A DNA stretch of 64,000 nucleotides from the NCBI RefSeq assembly GCF_963676685.1, contig NC_092351.1:76074001-76138000 (forward strand), written 5' to 3'. The notes beneath the pieces were generated by a model. It searched no databases. It was given only the letters and a program-made list of their open reading frames with translations, and was not told where the DNA came from. This stretch comes from Mytilus edulis. Its lineage: Eukaryota. A program made the translations under genes and the position numbers. This document shows, in pieces, positions 9,346-23,362 of the stretch (its first letter is position 1; each line of letters opens with the position of its first letter).

Positions 9346-12300
9346 GCATGCAGCAAATATGTCAATTTCATATATCATAAACATTGAATGTTATTGTAAA
9401 TAATTCTGTCCAGCACTCATAAACAAATTATATAACCCATATTTGATCCTTATGTTTACAAAAATTGTGTTATCTTCATAAAAAGCAGACATAGCTAATT
9501 TTAATCATAGTTCGCTCATGTAAATTAACATTGATCAATTATCTCTAGTACTTATGATTATGTAATACTAAATGGAAACATTATAATCCTGCTGGTAGAG
9601 GCACATACGAATGTATATAGCATATGCTGTTTCGTCAGCGATGAAATCGTTAGGTTGTCGGCAAAGGAATCTTGTTTGGAAAATTACAATTTGAAAAGGA
9701 AACAAAGTAAAAACAAAATAAACGATACAACATAGATAGTTCGCCTATTGCTGGAACTTGTAAACATTTTTACTGCATATAATAAATATTTCCGAACAGA
9801 CTTAAAACAAAAAGATTATCTTTACTTTTTGTTTGTCAGTGTTAATGCGTAGAATGAAAAACGATTATTCTTGGGTAAGCAGAATTATATGTATCAGATA
9901 TCCATAGTCTCTAGAAAAGGTAAAAAGTAAAATCAAAAAGATACTGAACTCCGAGGAAAATTCAAAAAAGGAAAGTCCCCAATCAAATGGCAAAATCAAA
10001 AGTTCAAACACATCAAACGAATGGATAACAACTGTCATATTCCTGACTTGATACAGGCATTTTCTTATAAAGAAGATGGTGGATTGAACCTGGTTTTATG
10101 GCTAGCTAAACCTCTCACTTGTATGACAGTCGCATCAAATTCCATTATATTGTCAACAAAAGAATGTGTTGTTATCCTGGTACCTTTGATAACTATTGTA
10201 AGATCCAAGTGATGAATGCCTAACAATACTATTTTTTATTCCAACAAGAGGCCTATAGAAGACATCGAAAGGCTCAAAGGGTGAAATTTCAACGTTTTTA
10301 TTTTTTATGTTGTTCTTGTTCTTCAGTCATTAGTTTTCAATATTTGTTTGCTATTTGTCTTTTGATCGTTTCTCTTTTCATCTGCTTTTGCATTGTCATT
10401 TTCTTTTCGACATAGGAGTTTGATAATGACTTTGATATCTTTCCCAATTCTTTAAACGGGTATAAACATCAACTTTCGACCTGATAATTAGCAATCCTTG
10501 TAATCGGAGCTAATACACCTAGATACGAGCGAGGCTCGTTCTCACATAACCTTGGTATTTTCAAATAAAAGACAAAAGGAAAAATACTTGATTCGGGGAT
10601 GCAAACTGTGACACTATATGATTGGAATATCAAAATTGGTGGTACTGGTATTATATCTTCTTGTCTTTTGTAGCTTAGAGAAAGTGACGAATATTTTAGA
10701 CTCTGCTTTTCGACGTAGAAGCAGTCATGGTCATCGTTTGCAACTATTATCGTTCAATTTGCAATGAATAGGTTCCTTACCCAACCCTGTATTCTGGCAA
10801 TTAGTCTCCAATGTAACAATAATTGTCCATGAATAATTATTGTTACATTTCCATGTAACCGTAGCCAGTGCCTACTCGAAAATTCCTCCTAATTTCAGAG
10901 ATCAGTATATACCTATTTTATCTTTTACCTATACAAAATCAATTGATACTGGAATTTTAACACGATCTTAACATCGACGACTTGTGTAATCCGACTTGCC
11001 GCATTATTACCTACCATGAAAATTGCTAATAACACTTATATGTGAAATGTGCTTTGCAAAGCCCAAAAATAACGTGAGCTTAAATTTATCAGTTTGAAGA
11101 TCAACTTTAAAATACGGATTAATTCAGTCTAGGAGTATGCCAAAAAATGTGTTAAACGCAAAAATGAAGACGCACAGATACTTTTTTCTCGAATGGCCAT
11201 GGGTTATGGCTGAAAGGTGGTTTACACAAATTAGAATAAAAATATGAATGGTCTATTAATGCACAAGCTTCGTCGATCTTCAGAGACCCTTATAGGCATC
11301 TGTCTAATCTTCTAAACCAATTATATTATTGTAAAATGAAAATGAGGAATGTGTCAAAGAGACAACAACCCCACTAAAGATCAGAAAACAGCATAGGCTA
11401 CAAATGGGTCTTCAACAAAGCGTGAAAATCCCGCACCCGGAGTCTTGCTTCAGCTGGTCCCTTACTAAAAAAAATGTGCACCAATTCAGTTTAACGGACG
11501 TCATACTAAACTCAGAAATACATAAATGAACCAAAATTTAAAAATCATATAAGCCCAACAGGGGCTTCTGACGCGGGACAGGCGTAAAAATGAGGCAGGG
11601 TTAAACATGTTTTGTGATATCTCAACCTTCCCCCTAAACCTCTAGCCAATATAGAAAAATAACTCAGTAATAGGTCCCCACAAAAAAAAAACATCGGTCT
11701 TGTGTGTAAATCACGTTATATAAACTGCTTTATAAAGTAATTATTATAAAACAATTCACTTGGAAACTCATCATATAGCTCAACGACACTTTACAAAGAG
11801 GAAATCCAGAATAATCTGAAGCTTATCCTATTTTCCTTCTGAATTTCAACCAAATTTGAAGAACTGGATTCATCATGCAATAGGCAAATATTGGTTTTTT
11901 TAGTTAGACAATAAATTGTGTGTATACTTTTTCATTTGTACATGCTATTACTTGATTTATTTCACTTGTCTGGACGGAGTTTTACCCGTTGACTCATTAT
12001 AGACAAGTCCATCTACAAACAGGTGTTTTGGGATAAACTCATCAATGAAGTGTCCAGTTACGGTCATTGATCCGGTTGAAATATGTAAACATAACATGTG
12101 TATTCGCTAAATAAATAATGCGACACAGTCGTTGATTTTCTTGTTAAGGCGAGTTCAAGAACATGCAAAAAATGTCACATTTTGGAATTAGTGGATATGA
12201 AAGTAAAACTATATCGACAGCAGTTTAAAAATATGTGGTTATTGGTTATTCTATAATGTTTTGATGATACTGATAGGTGACTAGAAATCAGTAGATAACA

Positions 12301-12399
12301 TAACGGCAATCATCCATATCACACACATCCTCAAATAGACTGCCATTACGCTAATTAAAAAGTAAGCTCCTCCCGATCATTTGAAAACACATTGGTAAT

Positions 12400-14098
12400 A
12401 CAATATATATAAAACAAAATAAAGCTTTAAATTCTGGAAAAGAAGTAAATATTTTAAGTTTTGCAAAAAAAAGTCCAATTGAAAAATTACACTTGCAATT
12501 TTGGAAATTTCTACTAGGAACTAGAAAGAATGCATCTAATCTTGCAACTAGAGCTGAATTGGGGAAACTTCCTATAAAAGATAAAAGATACTACAGTTAC
12601 AGTTAAGTCGGCCTCATATCTTGACTTACATCTAGAAATTGACAATGAGGGTCGGTTGAAAACAAAACTTTACGACAAAAGAGATGATTTCAGCTTTCCA
12701 ATTATGAACTTTCCATTTCTTAGTAGCACCATTCCAGCAGCACCTGCATACGGGATATATATCTCCCAATTAATACGATATTCCTTAGTTTGCATTTCTT
12801 ATCATGATTTTCTTGATAGAGGGTTGCTGCTCACATGGAAGCTGTAAAACCAAGACTTCCAAATGGTGAAGTTGAAATCATCCCTTCGTAAATTTTACGG
12901 ACGCCATCACGAGTTGGATGACCGTTATGGAATAACCGTTTCACAAATGATATCGGATATGTTCCTTACGTCGTAATTACAATCCCTTTCATGAATGTGA
13001 CCTACCGAATTAGACTATTTATCGGATTTGTTATCACAAAAACAACACGACGGGTGCCACATGTGGAGCAGGATCTGCTTACCCTTCCGGAGCACCTGAG
13101 ATCACCCCTAGTTTTTGGTGGGGTTCGTGTTGTTTATTCTTTAGTTTTCTATGCTGTGTCATGTGTACTATTGTTTGTCTGTTTGTCTATTTCATTTTTA
13201 GCCTTGGCGTTGTCAGTTTATTTTAGATTTACGAGTTTGACTGTCCCTTTGATATCTTTCGTCCCTCTTTTCCTATAGAATTTAATATTAATCACAAACT
13301 TTATTATATTTAAAGAGATTTGAATGATGTAAGTTAAATCCTCTTTTGAAAGAAGCTTACACTCTTAGTAAGAATTTAGACTCAGAAGGAGTATACTCCT
13401 GGTTTACCTTTGTAAAAATATTTTAGGTGAACTTAATTTAGATATAGCACAAATTCAACGAAATACAAGTTCAGACAAAAAAAATAATTCATTTAAAGTT
13501 TATATAAAAACAAGCTCTAAAAACTACTTTGAAAATTTGATACATAATAAGATGCAAAACATCGATGAAAAAAGTAAACTTTATCTATATAAGAACCTTA
13601 AACAAAATTTATGTTTTGAAGACTATTTAAGAACATCAAACTTTACTTATAGAAAATTAATAACAAAACTAAGAATTAGTGACCATAATTTAAATATAGA
13701 AAAAGGCAGAAATTATAATATTCCTAGAGAGCAGAGATTATGCCTTATATGTAAAACATTAGAAAACGAAAAACATTTTATATTAGATTGTAAATTAAAT
13801 ATGGAATTTAGAAACAACTTTTTTAACAATTTGGAATTTAATTTTTCTCTTCAAGATTTATCTGATGAAGAAAAGTTGATTTCTATACTCAATCCATAAA
13901 CACCATCACAAGTAAATAAATTGGGGTCCGACATCAAAAGGTCATTAGAACTGAGGACAGGGGACACTGGAATATTTACTGTAATTGAATGATTGTGTAT
14001 ATATATATGTATGAATTATAGTTATATTGTTTACTTATTTTGTATGTCACAAACTTAATGTTTAAAGTTTATTTGGCAATAATATTTGAATTGAAATT
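12400..14098 (+). mobile_element. 3' fragment of a non-LTR retrotransposon (CR1/L2/RTEX-like ORF2 C-terminus), interrupted by a Penelope-like insertion
   Basis: KFLLGTRKNASNLATRAELGKLPI|EFNI joins across the insertion; ORF 13537-13899 has KLRISDHNLNIEKGR...RLCLIC...ENEKHFILDC; ttgaa-type tail near 14086-14098. Confidence 0.75.
12577..13269 (+). mobile_element. 5'-truncated Penelope-like retroelement (RT C-terminus plus 3' region)
   Basis: SASYLDLHLEIDNEGRLKTKLYDKRDDFSFPIMNFPFLSSTIPAAPAYGIYISQLIRY; flanked by TTCCTATA at 12569-12576 and 13270-13277. Confidence 0.75.
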
Positions 14099-14559
14099 AT
14101 ATAAAGAAGTTGGCTAAATCCAAATGTCGGAATATTACAATTACAGCAATCTCTTTGTCTCAAATCAGGATTAACAAAAAGGTACTAGTATATGTGACGA
14201 GAGAGGAATTGCTTAAACAAAATATTTTTGGAAACTTTAATTTAAATTTTAAGTTGAATTCATGATATTATGCAACGTTTACTAATTAACGTGTAAATGA
14301 CATATGGGGTGTTAATACAAAATATTTATGAGTTGAATATTCAATAAACTTATCAATAAAAGAAAATTGATTATCAGAGCTGAGCCTTACCAAGGCACAG
14401 ATTTTACTCTAAAGTAATTTTGAAACTTCCTACTCTAGGGGTGAATCAGATGTGAATACTTAAAATTCGAAATATCTGCTGCGAGTACATACCATCCTAG
14501 ATTCTTGTTTTATCCTATATACAAGTATTCCCCATTCCAAACCTAAAGACAAATTTTAA

Positions 14560-15640
14560 GAATTGTTCCTGCTTCACAAAAGAATGCCCAAAGTAGATAC
14601 GAATAACTTATCTTAGGGAGATCAATAGTAATTTCTACAAATAATTAAAAAAAAAATCTCTGAAACTGACATTATCAAGGTGTTTCATTTCTCGATTTAC
14701 AACATATTTGTTACGTTTAGATGTTTTTTAACAATCAATTGCCATTCCCATGGGAGCAAAGTGTGCTCATCTTCTCCACTTGTTCCTCTTTTCACGAGGC
14801 TGTCTTCATATATAAGCTTCTCATGATAGAACAATAGCTAACATTATCCTTTAATTAAATACTTCAAAGTCTTCCGACTATGTTGAATGCATCAGTGTTT
14901 TTCATTTGCAATTCAGTCCACCATCTGGTGTATTTTTGAACTAATGCATGGTGCAGAAAAATCAATATACAATGCCGTTAAAAATGGCATGTACAATTAA
15001 AGTAGAGCAGACAGTTCTGAACACATCTTTGTCTTCTGCAACTCACACTCGAATGTCCCATCTAACATGAAATAAAAGATACAACAGATACAGTTTAGTC
15101 TACCTCATATTTTGACTTACATCTAGGAATCAACAATGAGAGTCGGTTCAACCTCCTAATTGAACATTCCATTTTTATGTAGCAACATTCCAGCAGGACC
15201 TGTACATGGAGTTTATATCACCCTGCTGAAACAGAGCTTGCATTTCTATCATAGTTTCATTGATAGATGGTTGCTGCTTAAAAGGAAGCTATTGAATAGA
15301 GCTGACAGTAATGAAGTTGAAATCATCTCTTCTAAATTTATTGACGCCATTACAGGTTAGTTGAGCATTATAGAATATCTGTCATATACAATAATGGATA
15401 TGTTAAATTGATGTTACCACAATCCCAAACTAAAGAATTAGACTCATCAACGGGTATGTACTTACATAAGCAACACATCAGGTGTAATATGTGCAGCAGG
15501 ATCTGCTTACACTTCCAGAACACATGAGATAACCCTTGTTTTGGTCGAGATCATGTTGACCAAAGTTTTGTTTTCTATGTTGTGTTTTGTGTACATTTGT
15601 CTTATATTTGTTTGTTTTTTGCTTTTGCCATTACATTTTA
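14560..15640 (+). mobile_element. Older, degraded copy of the same Penelope-like RT element
   Basis: 15070-15620 parallels 12580-13210 (NIPFLCSNIPAGPVHGVYIT); upstream decayed IPMGA..A motif near 14743; many stops and indels. Confidence 0.65.
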
Positions 15641-15703
15641 CTTTTAAATGCTTCCCGTTTAACTGACCTAACTATTAACTGATCAATGAAGTGCCAGAGA
15701 ATA

Positions 15704-16048
15704 CACCTTATCGCTATTTAGTCCAATCCGGGAAAAACAGTCATTTACACAACTTCCTGTTTGGGTCATGCCGCCGAAAATAGAGGTCATAAGTAGTGAG
15801 CTGAGGGAGGAAAAATTTTAGAAAGCGACCATTAAAAATGTTTGATAGAATATGATCCACTTTTTTCGAAATTAAAATTGAAGTAAAAAAATATTTTGTA
15901 TGGTGTATTTACGGTAGTTTAAACAGGTCCCATTAAAAAGTACCTTGCATGGTGCATTGTTTAAACAGGGTCCCAGATAGTTTCAACTGAATGAAAAAGT
16001 TGAGTAATTTTAGAACTTATCCGGAATGGAATAAATAGCGATTAAGTG
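15704..16048. mobile_element. MITE with ~30-bp TIRs and TA target duplication
   Basis: ta|caccttatcgctattta...taaatagcgattaagtg|ta. Confidence 0.65.
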
Positions 16049-16099
16049 TATATCAATGGATATGATATGTGACAATATTAAGTAGAAATAAACTAATTT

Positions 16100-18805
16100 T
16101 TCTGTAGTGAAACTTTTTAATGAAGCTCAATGTATAATCACAACAAACTATAACACAAAACTTTTAAAATTCTGATCTCACAATGTAAAAAATAAACTAT
16201 ACATTGATTATAAATGTGGTTCGTGTATATAAATAACATTGGTCATACACATATAACAATTTGTGTTTACAACAATTTGATTAACTTTGATTAATCATTG
16301 ATTTAAGAGATTAACAATGTCAATAATCACCGTTTCCTAAATGTAAAACATTTCCCATATCAAAAAGGTGGAAAGAAATATTCGGAACATATGCACTATC
16401 TTCAAGTGAAATAATACAATGAAAACAACTTAAACAAAAACTTTATAATATTTCAAGGCATTATTTAATTTCATACATGTACAAGAAATAATTAGATTTT
16501 CTTACTTATTCATTCCCCAAATGACATCCAATTTTTTTTTACTATATGTTTCAGTGTAGAAACTCAAAGGTAGAGATTTGAATCTTTACTCCATCAAATT
16601 TTGTGTTTGTACCTAGAATAGTTGTCTGGAAAGTTTTTTTTATTTATCTATTTTAATTGGTGGGAGGTTGGTTTGGGGTGGTATTATACCGCCCAAATTG
16701 GTTCAATTAGTTTTGTTGATTCCTTTTTTCTTTTTCTTTTTACCAAATAATACCACCATATTTCTGTTAACACTCTCATTTGAATTCACACCAAATCTCA
16801 ACCTAAATAAAATTTCCAACCAACAACATTCAATTATTAGGTCCAACTTCACTAAATTATCAACCATCTTTGTAGCTACTGAAAATATGGTTTTAGATAT
16901 ACATTCTCAACCTAAAATCAATTTCAATTGATCTGATTGTTACTTGACATCTCATTCTGATGCTTAGTGTGAACAAGGCTGTCCATGTAAATCTGACCTC
17001 ACAGCATTGAACAAATAAAAATATTCTAACATCATTTCTCATACAATATAACATTTTTTTTCTCTAGAAAAATTAAATTTCAATCAATTTGCCTTCACTA
17101 TGAGACAAAAATGGTATTCAAAAACATTTCATAGTCAGCAAAAGTTTACTCAAACAATTTCTTAGAACAGCATTTGATATATACTTTTTTGGTACATGTC
17201 TTAATATTCTATTTGATAATGTCAATATCTTGTTAATGAATTTCACTACAAAAAAACTCTTTTTGAAAGCTTGTAGACAATGTTTGTTAACATTAACTAT
17301 TAACATTTAATTTTTTACTTGTTTTAATATTTCTAGAAACTTTAACTAACTTGACAATGTTGATTTTATTTGTTCAAACATTACAAATAACTATTCTTTA
17401 AACTAGAAATGTTCCGTAGCCTAAAAATTACAAATTTAAACACTTGTTTTGCCAATTATCACTAAATGCAATGATACAGACAAAAGAGACAACTCTTGCA
17501 CATACATAAATGGGCAACAATTTTTGCAAATTTGTTCCCATACAACCATTTTTTCAAGTAAAAAATCTATATCAATTCTAACATCTTAGATGTAATAAGA
17601 AAATGAATACTGTACAGACTTACAAAGCACTTATGTATAAGTTGTACAAGAGATGTAATTATAATATGAATATGTCTATAAACAGCAAGAGTCCCATGAA
17701 TGCAGTATAAACTTACAAAGCACGTATGTATAAGATGTACAATAGATGTCATTAGAATATGTCTACGTCTTTTAACAGCAAGAGTTCCTTATGACAATAT
17801 ATTTTTTTCTATGGAGCCCTCAGAAGCCCTACCTCTTGAAATCTATAAAGCACTTATGTATAAAATGTACAATCAAAGTCATGAGATAGATACATACGGG
17901 ACATATTTTGATTTTTCATCATTACAGCTAATTTACTCAAGTATGTGCACAGAACAATGAGGTTAAAGTGACCTATTTGCAAGATAAACCATCCAAAAAA
18001 ATTATATTTTTTACTTGCTTAAAGAGTAACAAAAGTTTTTACAAGTCGTTCAAATCACAGAATATGTTACAACAGAATGACCAAGAAATCTGCCTCGTTA
18101 TGTACAATAGCAATCTTTTTAGACATTGTAGTTCCATCTTACAAATGTCAAGTTAACTTAACTTTCATGTTTTAAGTACACACTCAATTAGTTCAGCTGT
18201 AAGCGTCTATCCTTAAATCTAAAAACAACCAATGAATTAGGGCTATTCCCTGAAAAAAATATATGCTTGATTGCATGTCACTTGAAATGTATAAATGGGT
18301 AGAGAAAGGTCAAAAATTATAAATTGTAAGCAAAGTAAAATGCATTTGTAGAGGTGATGACCATAAAAAGGAACCTACCCCATCCCTCCCCCTCCCCACT
18401 TATTGTTTTTCTTTTTCTGGAATAGCCCTGATTACAATATTTACTAAATCTAAATAAAGATTTCTCTGGTAAATTCAATAACATCCATTTGGAAGAATTG
18501 CTCCCAAGAAAGATTTTAAAACAAATCAAATTGGATGCGTGAAATATGTGTACAGACACGCAAGGAACCTTCACAAAAATCACTACCAAGATTCATTTTT
18601 AGAGCAAATCCTCATAGATAAATTATTCCTAACAAATTGACTTGTACATGTATGAACCTATCACATTACTTTAATTGTACATATTAAAATGGAATTCAGT
18701 AACTATATAATTAACATAATTTAACAGCTGTCTGATATGGTTCGTTTTCCTGGTCTATATCACACATTCTAAGGAATATAAATATATATCATCTGTATCT
18801 CTGTA
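16100..18805 (-). other. PCM1: Probable PCM1 3' UTR (distal end uncertain)
   Basis: Mostly unique AT-rich sequence downstream of the stop; poly(A) site cannot be fixed from sequence. Confidence 0.4.
18240..18428. mobile_element. PIF/Harbinger-type MITE, diverged
   Basis: gggctattcc...ggaatagccc TIRs; same family as 49802 and 51943. Confidence 0.65.
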
Positions 18806-18825
18806 TTATTCCATCTTCAACTCAT
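18806..18825 (-). CDS. PCM1: PCM1 terminal coding exon (DELKME-stop)
   Basis: ttttgcag|AT GAG TTG AAG ATG GAA TAA, phase 1. Confidence 0.7.
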
Positions 18826-19521
18826 CTGCAAAACAAATTATTTAATCAGAAATTGAAAGGAAAAGGGAAAGTGCAGAAATAGAAAATTTAGCAATTTTTC
18901 CATTTAATAATAAGTAACACAACTCTGTGTAATAAGGCACACAAATTCATTCTTTATTTGTCTTTGTAGGTCATAAGCTTTTGTAAGAGTTTCATTACAT
19001 TTGACTTAGACAAACTAAATTTTTAGTGTAAAAACAGCAAATATAAGCAATGATTTTTTTATTCATTTTTACATAGCTCAAAAATGGTGAAACCCAACTT
19101 TGAACTTCATCTGTGTTTGGTGGCAAGTTTATAAAAATTCCAGGTGGATAAAAATTTCTGAAAGCCAAATTTATGCTACTGTGGATTCATTTATTTTTGT
19201 GGAAAATCAGTTTTGTATCTTCTTGGATATTAGATTTTATGGTTTTGCCATAGTATGCACAGAAAAAATGTGTTCTGAATAAAAAAACTAGAGGCTCTCA
19301 AGAGCCTGTGTCGCTCCCCTGTTACTGTATTTACTGATGTCGACCATCTTGGTTGGTAGGCGGGGTCATTAGACACTTTTTTTAAATAGATACCCTAGTA
19401 ATGATTGTGTCCAAGTTTGGTTAAATTTGGTCCATAGTTTTAGAAAAGAAGATTTCTGTAAAAGTTACAAAAATGACGAAAAGTTGTTCAATATTGACTA
19501 TAAAGGACAATAACTCCTTAA

Positions 19522-20781
19522 GGGTATACGATACAGTTACAGGGGAGGTAATGACGTTGCTAACGTAAAATGTTATTTTTGCGACGTCAAACTGTGACAT
19601 ATTGGGAAAAGATGCATTTTTCGACTGATCTTTATCATTCAGACTGACTTAATTTGAAAACGAGTGCATGGACCCCTATTTTTTAAAACGACATTTTGTT
19701 TCATTTTGCAGGGAGATTATGGAAACCAAATTTTATAAAACTGTAAATAGTGCAATTTTTTTAATGTTTATAAATATGCAGCAAAAAATTACGTTTTTTT
19801 CTCAATTCATGACCATTTAATAAATATGCGTTATTTCTGAATAAAAAATGCATAAGTTTTTAGGATACTTATAAATTACAGAAATAACAAATTATTTAAC
19901 AAAAAACAATTTGTGTTTATCTTTTAAAACAAAAAAGTTATGGATTTCTTTCGAAAGAAAATACGGCCACAAATCTGAATTTTGAGCAAATATACCAAAT
20001 TTCAACCTCCTTTAACTCAAAAAGTAGCACATGAAGGTATATTTTTTATTACATATTTGATTTAAAGGGGTACTAGCTGTCAAATTCGTGGTCACCGATT
20101 TGACTCAAATTCTCATGTTTTGATTTATAACAATGTAAAACATTTATCCAACTATCAAACGTCTAAAATAAACAGTTTACAGAGCATGGGGTAGATAATA
20201 TATAGGTTCGTTTCGTGTGTTTTTTAGTCCAGACGCCATCTAATTAACTATCGATTTGACCTCAGATGACCATATAAGTGATGTAAATATAAATAAAGTT
20301 ATGAATAGATTAAACCAACACGTGCAATTGGATTTTTATAGGTCTGTTTGATTTTATTTTATAGATAAAAAATAGATGTTTCTCATTGTTTTTAACCGTA
20401 TAGGATTTACCGTAGTTTCACTTTCATTGTTGACATTCTTTTTTTTTAAATAACCAGTACACATAAAATACATGCGTTGTCAATCTCTAGCTAGGGGTTA
20501 AATTGAAGTTCACATGAATACGGATTTAAAGAGGTCGACTCATTCACTTGCAAGTGAATAATTTATTGTCAATGTTTCTTAGCGAATTTGACAAAATTGA
20601 ACCTTTTTAGCTGCAAAAAGTGAATTTTTATTTCACTATTTCACTTTCATTATTGATTGAACAGAAAAAAATAAAACTTTAGATTTTTTATATATCTAGA
20701 AGCTAGTGCCCCTTTAATCAGGCAAAATATGGAAATTTTCATCAAACTGTAAATACAGGATCAAAACTGTATCGTATGCCC
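19522..20781. mobile_element. TTAA-targeting non-autonomous DNA transposon (Kolobok-like, GG termini)
   Basis: ttaa|gggtatacgatacagtt...aactgtatcgtatgccc|ttaa. Confidence 0.75.
20066..20713. mobile_element. TTAA-targeting non-autonomous DNA transposon (Kolobok-like, AG termini), nested
   Basis: ttaa|aggggtactagct...agctagtgcccct|ttaa. Confidence 0.75.
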
Positions 20782-21370
20782 TTAAGGGGTTCTCTGACAA
20801 TTTTGGTCATGTTGACTTGTTTGTAGATCTTACTTTGCTGAACATTATTGCTGTTTACAGTTTATCTTTATCTATAATAGTATTTAAGATAATAACCAAA
20901 AACTGCAAAATTTCCTTAAAATTACCAATTTTAGGGCAGCAACACAACAAAGGGTTGTAGGATTCATCTGAAAATTTGTGAGGGGATAGATCTTATTCTG
21001 ATGGACATTTAAATCTTGAAAGATTTGCCCTAAATGTCTTAGTTTAAAAGATATGAAGCAAAAACTGCATTTTACCACTATGTTCAAATTTTAGCCATGT
21101 TGGCCATTTTGTTTTCAGGTCAGGTGAGCTAAAAATTAAATCAAACCTTTACCCACAAAACGATTAATACAGAATCCACAGTATATAATTATTTAAATCA
21201 TTTAATTTTAACACGTTTTAATAAGGCTTAAGTTTGCCTATTCACACTTCTTTTTATTTGAGAATGGAAATGTAGCCTGATGTCTAAAAGACCTTGAAAT
21301 TTTCTGGACGGTTTCAAACAAACCTTCCTGGTAGAGCATTTTGAGTGTCTTTACCTTGAAAATTATGTAC

Positions 21371-21491
21371 CTGGTTCTTTAAGAAACAGTCCATCCCCTG
21401 CCAGTTCCTGTTCTGTTTCCATGGTAGCCAGAACAGCAGCAGTACCAGAGTTATTTACCTGTTCTTGTTGAACTAGTTGTTGAATACCACC
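21371..21491 (-). CDS. PCM1: PCM1 exon
   Basis: GGIQQLVQQEQ...ELAGDGLFLKEP; phase 0/1. Confidence 0.88.
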
Positions 21492-22098
21492 CTGAAAAAA
21501 AACAAAAAACAATTAATGACTTTTAACTCAAAGTTGTCTTTTCCTTGGTTGCCATGGCATGTGCTGTTGTTTGTATTTCACACTGATAAGACCCCTGCCT
21601 GACTTTAAATTTTAACATTTGATTTTTATTTGTTTACTTTTTGTCCATCTAGATTTTCTTTATATTTAGTCTGACACCAATTTCTAAACTACAAATTAAG
21701 ATGTTCAAAGAAGTGCCAATGATCAAATATGAATGTTTGTTTGCCAACCACAAAATCAAATAATCACTAAAATACAATTCCTTCATCCAAGAAAATTGGT
21801 AATCAGGGAAGTTAATGAATCCACGGTTTATTGGGAAATAACGCAACATGTTCTTTTAACTATCCGAAAAACAAATGTTAATTTTTGAGTCAACAAAGTC
21901 ATTTATCTAGGTCAAAATCATCAAATTTAAAGTGATATTTCTATGGTCATCTACATCTTTTATAGATTTCACTATTATGAAGTTGTTATATTAACACTTA
22001 ATCAAGCTAACTTACAGACTGATAAGGATAATTGAGTTTCTTTTTGTTATACTTTTCTTTTTTTCTAAAGTAATAGTGAATTAACTAAAGTATAGTAC

Positions 22099-22158
22099 CT
22101 GACAGATATCTAGTGATGGTGGAAGGTCATCAATTGAAATTTCTCCATTCATTAAAAC
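22099..22158 (-). CDS. PCM1: PCM1 exon
   Basis: VLMNGEISIDDLPPSLDICQ; phase 0/0. Confidence 0.85.
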
Positions 22159-22337
22159 CTGAAATAAAAATGAAATTTGAGCATTTTCATATTTTATTGG
22201 AAGTACATTTATGCTGAATGAAGTTTTAACATATTTTTTAATAACAGACTAAACCATCAGTTGGTTATATTAAATTTTCAGCTTGATAGCCACAAAAGTA
22301 ACAAATTTCCAATTAAATGTCAAAACTATGAAATTAA

Positions 22338-22818
22338 GGTGGTACCCAACACTTTCACTAAAATTAATTTGGCTCGTTAAATTTTCATAAAATTTTGACA
22401 ATGTCTTAACTTTGACCCTTTAACAAAAATATAAAAATTTCAAAAATTTTGAACCAACCGTTTTGTCAGAAAAATTACACTGGTTATATAGTAGTTTGAC
22501 AAACACCAATTTTGATCATTGAGAAGCTTAATACTGTAAATTCAGAAATTAATGCGAGGTTTTTATTATTGCGAAAAATGCGACGGAGTTGTAAACGCAA
22601 TAATTTAAACTCGCATTTTGAAATATTTTATATGAATTTAACAGGATTTTTCTCAAAATCGTAAAAATTAAAATCGCATTTAAGTCTTAAATGACAAAAT
22701 CGCAATAATAAATGCACGCAATAATTTCTGAATTTACAGTATTCCCTTTACAACACAAAGTGATTAAAACGTTGAGCTGATTTTACAGAGTTATCTCCCT
22801 GTAGTGTTAGGTACCACC
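22338..22818. mobile_element. ~273-bp TTAA MITE (GGTGGTACC termini) with nested TA MITE at 22534-22739
   Basis: TTAA TSDs; inner ta|ctgtaaattcagaaatta...taatttctgaatttacag|ta, whose removal restores the family sequence. Confidence 0.8.
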
Positions 22819-23127
22819 TTAAGTATCAATGGCAACACCATTTTTGGTCAATCCCCTACAATCAACACCAACAAAATAATCCATTCACAGTATTTGTCCT
22901 CCTTGTTTGACATGAACCCTACATCCAGTATTCACTCTGAACCACATGCCCAACAGTCCAGGCTTGTAAATTTGCTCTCAGGCCTGTAAAAATCATCTCT
23001 ATAGGCCAACAGAATCTAACTTAAAATTTCCAAAAATTGAGTTTTGGGCCTAACAATTTAAAAGTTTATTACCAAGACTGTACATTTCCTTTTTTGTTTT
23101 GAGCAAGTATCATTTATAATAACTAAC

Positions 23128-23362
23128 CTCTCCATTACACTGCGTCTCTGATGACTTGCTGTCTTTTGATGTATTAGCTCCTTGGTCTGCGTCTTCCTTA
23201 CTGATCTTGACAAAAGAATCTTCATCAGGCATTCCGTCAGTGGTCCCGTCATCATTGTCAAGTGACCTTTCCATCATGGCGTCCCTCGACACGGCAGTCT
23301 CTGATGGATCATCAGCGCTCTGGGATTCTGATGCATCCTCGTCATCTTCATCACTGCCGATT
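23128..23362 (-). CDS. PCM1: PCM1 exon (acidic, LIR-like motif)
   Basis: IGSDEDDEDA...DEDSFVKI...CNGE; phase 2/0. Confidence 0.9.

Larger units (their letters stand above)
19286..21137. mobile_element. Helentron/HINE-like non-autonomous element hosting nested insertions
   Basis: Starts aactagaggctctcaagagcctgtgtcgctc and ends caggtgagctaaaaa; same family at 39341-39926. Confidence 0.6.

Noticed and set aside
12991-13899. Host protein genes (ORFs 12991-13278 and 13537-13899)
   Set aside because: The first is a spurious ORF in the retroelement 3' region; the second is a LINE ORF2 remnant.
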